A stretch of 64,000 bases of DNA, taken from the NCBI GenBank assembly GCA_038231275.1, contig JBBRLQ010000032.1, positions 21,042 to 85,041 on the forward strand. Direction: 5' to 3'. The first letter of the stretch is position 1. Every line of letters begins with the position of its first letter. The notes under the pieces were generated by a model. It did no database searches, was not told where the DNA came from, and saw nothing but the letters and a program-made list of their open reading frames with translations. Shown here one piece after another: positions 8,824 to 17,215 of the stretch. The position numbers were made by a program, and so were the translations under genes. The stretch comes from Polyangiales bacterium (GTDB lineage Bacteria; Myxococcota_A; Polyangia; Polyangiales; Polyangiaceae).

Positions 8824-10047
8824 ATGCACATCGTGTTCGTCGAGCCGCGATTTCCGGCAAATCAGAAATTGTTCATCAAGGGCCTCGCCGAAATCGGCGT
8901 GACGATCACCGCCATCGGCGAGGGCTCGAAAGACTCGCTCGACGACGACCTCAAGAAGTGGCTCACGCACTACCACGAGGTCACCAACGTCACCTCCGAG
9001 AGCCAGATGCTCGACGCGGTGCGCTGGGTTCAAGGACGCGCGCACGTCGATCGGCTCGAAGCGACCATCGAAGCGCACATCATGCCGGTGGCGAAGGTGC
9101 GCGAGGCGGCGGGCATCCCCGGCACCAGCGTCAAGACCGCCTACCTATGCCGCGATAAGCCGGCGATGAAGGAGGTGCTCCGCAAAGGCGGCGTGCCGTG
9201 TGCGCAGTCGACCGGCGTGTCGACCGCGAAGGAGGCGATGGAGTTCGCCGAGCAGGTCGGCTTCCCGCTCATCTTGAAGCCGCGCGACGGCGCCGGCGCA
9301 TCGGGTGCCGCGCGCGCCGACTCGATGGCCGAGCTCGGACCCGCGCTCGAGTCGCTCGGCGTAGGCCACCCCGGCCGCAGCATCGCAATCGAGGAGTACA
9401 TCGAGGGGCACGAGGGCTTCTACGACACGCTCTCGATCAACGGCACGATCGTCCACGACTTCGCGTGCCACTACTTCCCGAACGTCCTCGAAGCGATGCG
9501 GACGCGCTGGATCTCCCCGCAGTTCGTCTCCACCAACCGCATCGACGGCGAGACGTACGGCGAGGTGAAGACGCTCGGCAAGAAGGTCATCGAGCTCCTC
9601 GGCATCGAGACCTCGGCGACCCACATGGAGTGGTTCTTCGGCCCCAAAGGCCTCAAATTCTCGGAGATCGGCTGCCGTCCGCCGGGCGTGCGCGCGTGGG
9701 ATCTCTACAACGTCGGCAACGACATGGACCTCTACCGCGAGTGGGCGATGGCGGTCTGTCACGGCCGCCCGAGCCAGCGCGCGTCGCGGCGCCTCTCCGC
9801 CGGCATCATCGCGCTGCGGCCGAGCTGCGACGGCCACATCATCGGCTACGATGGGCTCGAGACGATCGGCAAGGCGTTCGGCCCGAACATCATCGATTTC
9901 CACACGCCCCCCGAGGGCACGCCCACCCAGCCCGTCTCCGCCGGCTTCATGGCGAACGCCTGGGTCCGCTTGAAGCACGAGAACTACGACGAGCTACGCC
10001 GTATGCTGGATGTCGTCGGACAGACCGTGAAAGTGCATGCCAGGTAA
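8824..10047 (+). CDS. ATP-grasp amidoligase (paralog 1)
   Basis: RDKPAMK, GFPLILKPRDGAGASG, IEEYIEG, THMEWF and EIGCRPPG motifs; ATG 2 nt after the glgA stop. Confidence 0.9.
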   Translation: MHIVFVEPRFPANQKLFIKGLAEIGVTITAIGEGSKDSLDDDLKKWLTHYHEVTNVTSESQMLDAVRWVQGRAHVDRLEATIEAHIMPVAKVREAAGIPGTSVKTAYLCRDKPAMKEVLRKGGVPCAQSTGVSTAKEAMEFAEQVGFPLILKPRDGAGASGAARADSMAELGPALESLGVGHPGRSIAIEEYIEGHEGFYDTLSINGTIVHDFACHYFPNVLEAMRTRWISPQFVSTNRIDGETYGEVKTLGKKVIELLGIETSATHMEWFFGPKGLKFSEIGCRPPGVRAWDLYNVGNDMDLYREWAMAVCHGRPSQRASRRLSAGIIALRPSCDGHIIGYDGLETIGKAFGPNIIDFHTPPEGTPTQPVSAGFMANAWVRLKHENYDELRRMLDVVGQTVKVHAR

Positions 10048-10056
10048 GTTGCCACG

Positions 10057-10977
10057 ATGACCGTCGTCCTCACTGGACCGCAGTATGTCTTGCCGCACGT
10101 GGGGGGCGTGCTTCGTGAGCTGAAGGTGCGCGGTCCGGTGGCCGTCGTGACCGCGGGCTGGCAAGAGCGCGAGACCGATCCGGGCCTCGTCCCCGAGCTC
10201 GGCCTGCCGACGGTGAACCTGACGCTCCACTCGCGCGCCGAGGACCTGTTCGCGAAGGACAAGGAATTCGGTGCAGCCTACAAGGAACGCCAGACGCGCC
10301 TGCGCCTCATGCAGGACTTCTACCGCGTTCGCCTCGATCATGCCCGCGACGCCGCGCACGCCATCTCGGTGCGCCACGTCGACTCGTTGCTGCTCGACGA
10401 CGAGCGTCGATCGTCGATCGACGCCGTGCGCAGCCTCGATCGCGACCACCTCGCGCGGTGCGCCACCGTCAGCTCCGCGTTCGACGAGAAGTGGCCGCTC
10501 GCCGCGCGCGAGAGCATCGAGCGGCAGAAGAAGGAGCTCACCGCACTCCTCGCCCCGACCGACGCGGTGCTCATCGCCGGCGGGCACGTCGCGGTGCTCC
10601 TCAATCGCCTCAAGCTCTTCGATCTGATGACGCTCATCGGCAACCGCACGATCGTCGCGTGGTCGGCGGGGGCGATGACGCTGTGCGAGCTCGTCGTCCT
10701 TTTCCACGAGAACCCGCCGCACGGGCAGGGGGGCGCGGAGCTGCTCGATCGCGGCCTCGGCGTCGTGAAGGGCGTCGCGGTGCTGCCGAGCCCGCGACTT
10801 CGCTTGCGCTTGGACGATCCGATCAACGTCGGCAACTTCGCGCGGCGCTTCGAGCCGCTCGCGTGCGTGACGCTCGATCACGGCGCGCGCCTCGTTGCCA
10901 AGCGCGGCAAGGTCGTCGCCGGCGCGGTCACGCAGCGGCTCCTCCCGGACGGCAGCATCCAGCGGGGGTGGCCGTGA
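10057..10977 (+). CDS. Peptidase S51 (PepE/cyanophycinase)-like, class I glutamine amidotransferase fold protein
   Basis: AVLIAGGHV, WSAGAM Ser-nucleophile motif, GLGVVKGVAVLP. Confidence 0.75.
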   Translation: MTVVLTGPQYVLPHVGGVLRELKVRGPVAVVTAGWQERETDPGLVPELGLPTVNLTLHSRAEDLFAKDKEFGAAYKERQTRLRLMQDFYRVRLDHARDAAHAISVRHVDSLLLDDERRSSIDAVRSLDRDHLARCATVSSAFDEKWPLAARESIERQKKELTALLAPTDAVLIAGGHVAVLLNRLKLFDLMTLIGNRTIVAWSAGAMTLCELVVLFHENPPHGQGGAELLDRGLGVVKGVAVLPSPRLRLRLDDPINVGNFARRFEPLACVTLDHGARLVAKRGKVVAGAVTQRLLPDGSIQRGWP

Positions 10978-12113
10978 GCGGCGCGCGCGCGATCGAGAAG
11001 TTCCTCGCAGGCCCGCACACGACGGCCGCGGTCGACGCGTTCCTGGCGTCGAACACGTTCCCCATCGTCGAGGGCTCGCAGATCACCTTCGTGTACAAGG
11101 GCGTCGCCGACGCGGTGCACTTGAAGCACTGGGTCTACGGCCTGCCGTCGTCGCAGACGCTCGCGAAGGTCGACGGCGTCGATCTCTGGCACCTGACCCT
11201 CGGCGTGCCTGCCAAATCGCGCATCGAGTACAAGCTCGAGGTCGTCCGCGGCGGCAAGGGCGAGTGGATGGAGGATCCCCTCAACGCGAGCCGCGCGCGC
11301 GATCCGTTCGGCGCCAACTCGGTCGCGCACGGCGAGGGCTACCAAACGCCCGACTACATCGAGCGCGATCCCGAAGCCCGCACCGGCCTCGTCGACGAGG
11401 TGATGCTCGACAGCAAGGCGCTCGGCCGCCGCACGTTCGGCCTCTACTTGCCGGCGCGCTACCGGAAGAGCCGGCGCTACCCGCTCCTCGTCGTCCACGA
11501 CGGACACGACTACCAGAAGTACGCGCGCCTCCAGGTCGTGCTCGACAACCTCATTCACCGGCTGGAAATCCCCGACATCGTCGTCTGCATGACGAGCTCG
11601 CCCGATCGCCTCGTCGAGTACGCGAACGACGAACGTCACGCGCGTTTCCTCACGGAAGATCTCGTCCCTCATCTCGAGAAGACGCTCCCGCTCGAAGCGC
11701 GCCCGCAGGGACGCTGCCTCATGGGCGCGAGCTTCGGCGCCGTCGCCGCCCTCGCCGCCGCGTGGCGGAACCCCGGATTTTACGGGCGCCTCCTCCTCCA
11801 ATCCGGCTCGTTCGCCTTCGCCGACATCGGCGCGCGCAACCACCGCGGCCCGCTCTTCGATCCGATTGTGCGGTTCGTGAACGATTTTCGCGCCGATCCG
11901 ATCGCGGTGAGCGAGAAGGTCTTCGTCAGCTGCGGCACCTACGAGTCGCTCATCTACGAGAACCGCTCGCTGGTCCCGGTGCTCGAGGGGACGGGCATGG
12001 ACGTCCGGTATGTCGAGGCCCGGGACGGCCACAACTGGGAAAATTGGCGGGATCGTCTCCGGGAGGGCCTGTCGTGGCTGTTTCCGGGGCCTCTCCTGCT
12101 GGTATACGAGTGA
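10974..12113 (+). CDS. Fes-like esterase with N-terminal CBM48/E-set-like domain
   Basis: N-domain ITFVYKG...LWHLTLGVPAKSRIEYKL...DPLN; YPLLVVHDG; GASFGA nucleophile elbow; GHNWENW; GTGA overlap with the upstream gene. Confidence 0.88.
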   Translation: MSGARAIEKFLAGPHTTAAVDAFLASNTFPIVEGSQITFVYKGVADAVHLKHWVYGLPSSQTLAKVDGVDLWHLTLGVPAKSRIEYKLEVVRGGKGEWMEDPLNASRARDPFGANSVAHGEGYQTPDYIERDPEARTGLVDEVMLDSKALGRRTFGLYLPARYRKSRRYPLLVVHDGHDYQKYARLQVVLDNLIHRLEIPDIVVCMTSSPDRLVEYANDERHARFLTEDLVPHLEKTLPLEARPQGRCLMGASFGAVAALAAAWRNPGFYGRLLLQSGSFAFADIGARNHRGPLFDPIVRFVNDFRADPIAVSEKVFVSCGTYESLIYENRSLVPVLEGTGMDVRYVEARDGHNWENWRDRLREGLSWLFPGPLLLVYE

Positions 12114-12126
12114 AGGGAGGCTTCGC

Positions 12127-13371
12127 ATGGCCCACGTGACACGCAGGATCGGTCTGTCTCTCGGCGCCGATATCTGCTGGCCGATTTGTTACGAAGAGAT
12201 CGTGAAGCGGCTCGCCCTCTCGGTGCCGCATGCGGGGGATACCGTCGGCGTCGAGGTCGAGCGCGTGACGATCGAGCCGTTCGATCTCCGCCAACCGTGC
12301 CGCTACGACGTCGTCGTCGATCGGCTGACGCACTGGTACCACCCGAGCCGCGAGTGGATAAAAAAGGCCGTCCTCATGGACGACCTCTACGTCTTCAACA
12401 ATCCCTGGTCCGTGCAGTCCATGGAGAAGCAGACGACGTACTGCGCCATGATGCACCTGGGGATGCCGATCCCGGAGACGTGGCTCGTGCCGCCGAAGTC
12501 GTACGAGGCACTCCCCGATCTCGGCCCCACGCTGAAGAGCTACGCCAAGCTGTTCGACCTCGGCGCCGTCGGCAACGAGCTCGGCTACCCGATGTTCATG
12601 AAGCCGTACGACGGCGGCGGCTGGAAGGGCGTGAGCCGCATCGCCGACGAGGCGGCCCTGCGCGCGCGCTACGACGAGAGCGGCAAGCTCGTCATGCACC
12701 TGCAGAAGGCGGTCGAGCCGTTCGATCGCTTCATCCGCTGCATCGGCTTCGGGCCGCAGACCAAAATAGTCCGCTACGATCCTGGCGCGCCGCTCCACGA
12801 TCGCTACACGATGGACAAGAACTTCGTGTCGGACGACGAGGCGCAGGTGCTGCGCGACACGACGCTCACGATCAACGCGTTCTTCGGCTGGGACTTCAAC
12901 TCGTGCGAGGCGCTCAGCAAAGACGGCGTCTGGTTCCCGATCGACTTCGCGAACCCGTGCCCCGACTCGCAGGTGACGTCGCTCCACTACCACTTCCCGT
13001 GGGTCGTGATGGCGAACGTGCGGTGGTCGCTCTACTGCGCGGTCACCAACCGTAAGATGCGGCGCACGCTCGACTGGGACCCGTTCTACGAGGTCGCCAA
13101 GAAGGATCTGCCGTACCGGGACAAGCTGCGCGCGTACGCAAAGATCGCGAACGAGCGCTTCGAGACCGCGCAGTTCGAGGAGTTCTGCGGCACGCACCTC
13201 GCGAACCTCGACGAGATCGCGTGGGAGTTCTTCGGCACGCAGACCGCGAAAGACGCCGTGCGCAAGAAAGTGACCGCGCTCTTCCCGCCCGCCGAGGTGG
13301 AGCAGTTCACCGAGCTCTTCTGGAATCGCATCGGCGCGTGGCGCACCGACATGAAGTCGGGGGCCCGATGA
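12127..13371 (+). CDS. RimK/glutathione-synthase-like ATP-grasp protein
   Basis: GGGAGG RBS; VVDRLTHW, NNPW...EK, PETWLVPPK, GYPMFMKPYDGGGWKGV and IDFANPCPD motifs. Confidence 0.88.
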   Translation: MAHVTRRIGLSLGADICWPICYEEIVKRLALSVPHAGDTVGVEVERVTIEPFDLRQPCRYDVVVDRLTHWYHPSREWIKKAVLMDDLYVFNNPWSVQSMEKQTTYCAMMHLGMPIPETWLVPPKSYEALPDLGPTLKSYAKLFDLGAVGNELGYPMFMKPYDGGGWKGVSRIADEAALRARYDESGKLVMHLQKAVEPFDRFIRCIGFGPQTKIVRYDPGAPLHDRYTMDKNFVSDDEAQVLRDTTLTINAFFGWDFNSCEALSKDGVWFPIDFANPCPDSQVTSLHYHFPWVVMANVRWSLYCAVTNRKMRRTLDWDPFYEVAKKDLPYRDKLRAYAKIANERFETAQFEEFCGTHLANLDEIAWEFFGTQTAKDAVRKKVTALFPPAEVEQFTELFWNRIGAWRTDMKSGAR

Positions 13372-14108
13372 GCGAATGGAAGACGAGCGCGAAGTGGTTT
13401 TCGGAGCGCGTCCAACGTGAGGTCACGATGGTCCGTTGGGGCACCGTCGGCCAGCCCGTCCTCCTCTTCCCGACCGCCGGCGGCGACGCGGAGGAGATCG
13501 AGCGCTTCCACATGATCACGGTCTTGAAGCCGCTCCTCGAGGCCGGCAAAATCAAGATCTACTCGTGCGACAGCGTCGCCGGCGCCGCGCTCCTCTCGCG
13601 CGAGAAGAACGCGCGCCACCAAATGTGGCTCCAGAACCAGTTCCATCAGTACCTCCGGCACGAGGTGGTGCCGGCGATCCGCAAGGACTGCGAATCGTCC
13701 GACATGGAGGTGTGGGCCGCCGGCGCGTCGATCGGCGCGTTCCACGCCGTCGCGATGGTTTGCCGCTTCCCCGACGTTTTCGCGCGCGCGTGCGCGATGT
13801 CGGGCACGTTCGACATTCGACGCTTTTACGACGCGACCGAGTTCACCGACGATTTCTGGGTCTCCTCCCCGATCCACTTCGTGCCGACGCTGTCGGGTCC
13901 GCACCTGGACAAGCTCCGAACCCGGTACATCCTGATGCCGTCGGGCGAAGGGAGGGCCGAGGACATCGGCGAGTCGTGGCGAATGGGGAACGCGCTCGGC
14001 AAGCAAGGCGTGCCGAACCGCGTCGATCCGTGGGGCGCGCACGTGCCGCACGACTGGGAGACGTGGCGCAAGATGCTCCCGCAATACCTCGGGGAATGGA
14101 CGAAGTAA
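13368..14108 (+). CDS. Esterase family alpha/beta-hydrolase
   Basis: PVLLFPTAGG, GASIGAFHA and HDWETW motifs; ATGA overlap. Confidence 0.88.
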   Translation: MSEWKTSAKWFSERVQREVTMVRWGTVGQPVLLFPTAGGDAEEIERFHMITVLKPLLEAGKIKIYSCDSVAGAALLSREKNARHQMWLQNQFHQYLRHEVVPAIRKDCESSDMEVWAAGASIGAFHAVAMVCRFPDVFARACAMSGTFDIRRFYDATEFTDDFWVSSPIHFVPTLSGPHLDKLRTRYILMPSGEGRAEDIGESWRMGNALGKQGVPNRVDPWGAHVPHDWETWRKMLPQYLGEWTK

Positions 14109-14109
14109 G

Positions 14110-16065
14110 ATGACCACCACGCGCTCGCACAAGCAGGTCGACCAGGAGCAAGACGCGCAGGCGCGACGCGAGTTCATGCACGCCATCCTGGCGGACTTGC
14201 GCGCCCTCGAGCGGATGCTCGCCGAGGGGATGTTCGAGAAAGGCGTGCGGCGCGTGGGCGCGGAGCAGGAGATCTTCCTCCTCGATCCCAGCTGGTACCC
14301 GGCGCGCGGCGTCCTCCAGATGCTGGAGAAGCTCTCGGACCCGCACTTCACGACCGAGCTCGGGCAGTTCCAGCTCGAGGCGAACTGCGATCCCCAGCCG
14401 TTCGGTGGTATCGGGCTGTCGCTCCTCGAGAAGCAGCTCGACGGCCTCGTCGACAAGGCGCGACTGGCGGCGGCCGAGCTCGGCATGCGAACCGTGCTCA
14501 TGGGCATGCTGCCCACCATCCGCAAAGAGGATCTGTGTCTCGAGGCGATGGTCCCGAGCCCGCGCTACCTCGCCATCAACAAGGCCATGTTCGACCTGCG
14601 CGGCGGCGCGTTCGACTTCTCGATCAAGGGCCTCGACGAGCTCATCATCCAGCACGACTCGGTGATGGTGGAGGCGTGCAACTCGAGCTTCCAGGTCCAC
14701 CTCCAGGTCGACGCCGACGAGTTCGCGCGCATGTACAACCTGTCGCAGCTGCTCGCGGCGCCGATGGTGGCGCTGTCGTGCAACTCGCCGCTGCTCTTCG
14801 GCAAGCGCTTGTGGGCGGAGACACGCATCGCCCTCTTCAAGCAGGCGGTGGACACGCGCAGCCACACGCACCACCTCCGCGAGAGCGAGGCGCGCGTGAA
14901 CTTCGGCACGCGCTGGGTCAAGGACTCGGTCCTGGAGATTTACCAGGAAGACGTCGCGCGCTTCCGCACGCTCGTCGGCACCGATCTCGACGAGGATCCC
15001 ATGGCCAAGCTGGACCGCGGCGAGGCGCCGCTCCTCAAGGCGCTGCGCCTCCACAACGGCACAGTCTACCGCTGGAACCGCGCTTGCTACGGCATCATGG
15101 ACGGCAAGGCGCACCTGCGGATCGAGAACCGCGTCATGCCGGCCGGCCCGAGCGTGGTGGACGAGGTCGCCAACGGCGCCTTCTGGTTCGGCGTCATGGT
15201 GGAGATGGGCGCGAAGGAAGAGGACATCACCCGCAAGATCGACTTCGATCAGGCGGGCGCCAACTTCTACACCGCCGCGCGCGAGGGGCTCGGCGCGAAC
15301 TTCACCTGGCTCGACCAGAAGGATCTCTCGGCCGATCGCCTCGTGCTCGATCAGCTCATGCCGCTCGCCGAGGCGGGGCTCCGTCGCCAGAAGATCGCCG
15401 AGGATGACATCAAGAGATACCTCGGCGTCGTCGACGCGCGCGTTCGGTCGGGACGCACCGGCACCAAGTGGCAGATGACCTCCTGGAACGCGCTCAAGGA
15501 CAAGGCGACGCCCGCCCAGCGCGCGAGCGCCCTCGTTGCGGCGACGGTCGACCGGCAGGCGACGCGGCGCCCGGTCGCCGAGTGGGAGCGCGCACGCCTC
15601 GACGAGGCGGGCGACGAGTCGGCTCGCAACTACATGCGCGTGGACCAGTACATGGCCACCGACCTCTTCACCGTGCAGGAGGACGACCCCATCGAGATGG
15701 TCGTCAACCTCATGACCTGGGAGCGCATCCGCCACGTGCCGGTGGAGGACAAGGAGCGGCGCCTCATCGGCCTCATCTCGTACCGCTCGGTGCTGCGCTT
15801 CCTGGCGGCCGGTCGCTCGCTGAAGGACACGCCGGTCAGCGCGATCATGAAGAACGAAGTGACGACCGTGACGCTCGAGACGCCCACGGTCGACGCGATG
15901 CGCCTCATGCGGAAGCTCCGGGTGGGCTGCCTGCCCGTGGTCCACGAGGGTCGGCTCGTGGGTCTCCTGACCGACGAAGACTTCATGAACATCGCGACGA
16001 AGCTCCTCGAGCAGAGGCTGGCGAGTGGCTCCAGCGAACCCGAACGCGAGCCCGAGAGGACCTGA
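14110..16065 (+). CDS. Glutamate-cysteine ligase family 2 (GCS2) carboxylate-amine ligase fused to a C-terminal CBS pair
   Basis: VGAEQEIFL, ELGQFQLE, SFQVHLQ, YRWNRACY and RIENRVMP motifs; CBS repeats IRHVPVED...IGLIS and VGCLPVV...VGLLTDED. Confidence 0.88.
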   Translation: MTTTRSHKQVDQEQDAQARREFMHAILADLRALERMLAEGMFEKGVRRVGAEQEIFLLDPSWYPARGVLQMLEKLSDPHFTTELGQFQLEANCDPQPFGGIGLSLLEKQLDGLVDKARLAAAELGMRTVLMGMLPTIRKEDLCLEAMVPSPRYLAINKAMFDLRGGAFDFSIKGLDELIIQHDSVMVEACNSSFQVHLQVDADEFARMYNLSQLLAAPMVALSCNSPLLFGKRLWAETRIALFKQAVDTRSHTHHLRESEARVNFGTRWVKDSVLEIYQEDVARFRTLVGTDLDEDPMAKLDRGEAPLLKALRLHNGTVYRWNRACYGIMDGKAHLRIENRVMPAGPSVVDEVANGAFWFGVMVEMGAKEEDITRKIDFDQAGANFYTAAREGLGANFTWLDQKDLSADRLVLDQLMPLAEAGLRRQKIAEDDIKRYLGVVDARVRSGRTGTKWQMTSWNALKDKATPAQRASALVAATVDRQATRRPVAEWERARLDEAGDESARNYMRVDQYMATDLFTVQEDDPIEMVVNLMTWERIRHVPVEDKERRLIGLISYRSVLRFLAAGRSLKDTPVSAIMKNEVTTVTLETPTVDAMRLMRKLRVGCLPVVHEGRLVGLLTDEDFMNIATKLLEQRLASGSSEPEREPERT

Positions 16066-16992
16066 ATGGCGAGGGTGGAGACGATGGAAAGCGCGCGCCT
16101 CATCGATCGACTCGTCGGCGACGAGGCCGGCCCCACGCTCATCCTGGTGGGCGGCATGCACGGCAACGAGCCCGCCGGTGTGAACGCCGCGCGCGACGTC
16201 CTCTCCGCACTCCGCGTGTCCGGCGCAAGTGTGCGCGGCGAGGTCGTGGCATTCGCCGGCAACGTCCGCGGGCTCGCCGCCAAGACGCGCTACCTGTCGC
16301 GCGATCTGAACCGCATGTTGACCGCCGAGCGTGTCGCCGCGTCGCGCGCCACCGAGGAGCCGCAGGCCGAGGTCGCCGAGGTCGTCGAGCTCGCCGCCGC
16401 GATCGACGAGGCGATAGCTCGCGCGCGCGGCCCGGTCTACGCGATCGACATGCACACGACGTCGGCGTCCGGCGTCCCGTTCAGCGTCGTCGGCAACAAC
16501 GACGCGCGTCGCGAGTTCGCCCGCAACTTCCACATCCCCGGCCTCGTCGGCCTCGAGGAGGCGCTCGAGGGCGTCCTCACGAGCTACCTCGCGACGATCG
16601 GCTGCGTGACGATGGCTGTAGAGGGCGGCCAACACGAGAGCGTCGACGCTGCCGCCAGCCTCGCGGCGGTCGTCACGATCGCGCTGAGGGCGACCGGCAT
16701 CGTCCGCGCCGAAGATCTCCCCGGTCTGGAAGCCGCCGAGGCCGACCTCTCTCGCGCGCGCGGAGAGCTCCCTCCTCTGATCGCGGTCCTCACGCGCTAC
16801 GCCGTGGAGCCCGAGCTCGGATTCCAAATGGAGCCCGGCTTCGCGAACATCCAGCCGACGCCGCGCGGCACCTTGATCGCCAAAGACGGCAAAGGGGACA
16901 TTCGCGCGCCGTTCGACGGCCTCGTCCTCCTCCCGCTCTACCAAGCGCAGGGCAACGACGGCTTCTTCTTCGGCCGCCCGCTCCGCGACTGA
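16066..16992 (+). CDS. Succinylglutamate desuccinylase/aspartoacylase family (M14) Zn-hydrolase
   Basis: GGMHGNEPAG, RDLNR, IDMHTTS and VEGGQH motifs; starts directly after the upstream stop. Confidence 0.9.
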   Translation: MARVETMESARLIDRLVGDEAGPTLILVGGMHGNEPAGVNAARDVLSALRVSGASVRGEVVAFAGNVRGLAAKTRYLSRDLNRMLTAERVAASRATEEPQAEVAEVVELAAAIDEAIARARGPVYAIDMHTTSASGVPFSVVGNNDARREFARNFHIPGLVGLEEALEGVLTSYLATIGCVTMAVEGGQHESVDAAASLAAVVTIALRATGIVRAEDLPGLEAAEADLSRARGELPPLIAVLTRYAVEPELGFQMEPGFANIQPTPRGTLIAKDGKGDIRAPFDGLVLLPLYQAQGNDGFFFGRPLRD

Positions 16993-17215
16993 CGATCGCG
17001 CCCTGGTACACACATGCAGACTGCATGCATACCCACCGAACGGGTGTGCGCGGCGTTATGACGTTTCCCCCCAAAACGGCCCCGAAGAGTCGACTGGGGA
17101 TGGATGAGATGAGACTGAAAGCGTAGTCACTAGCGTGGGCGTGACGCGTGCGCCTGTCGGTCTGCGCGCGAAAGCCAGCATCTCACCCCGGTGCCCAACA
17201 GCCTGCGGGAGTCCA

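Noticed and set aside
10057..10977. Canonical cyanophycin system (cphA/cphB)
   Set aside because: No ATP-grasp/Mur-ligase fusion (CphA) is present; only an S51-like fold is supported.
10974..12113. Siderophore (enterobactin) utilisation locus
   Set aside because: Fes-like fold only; no TonB receptor, ABC transporter or NRPS nearby.
8824..13371. Graspetide (ATP-grasp RiPP) cluster
   Set aside because: No precursor peptide ORF with repeated cores and no transporter; the intergenic gaps are too small to hide one.
13843..17013. 1056-aa minus-strand ORF (also 34388-37459 and similar long antisense ORFs)
   Set aside because: Antisense mirrors of recognisable plus-strand genes, which are common in high-GC DNA; no motifs of their own.
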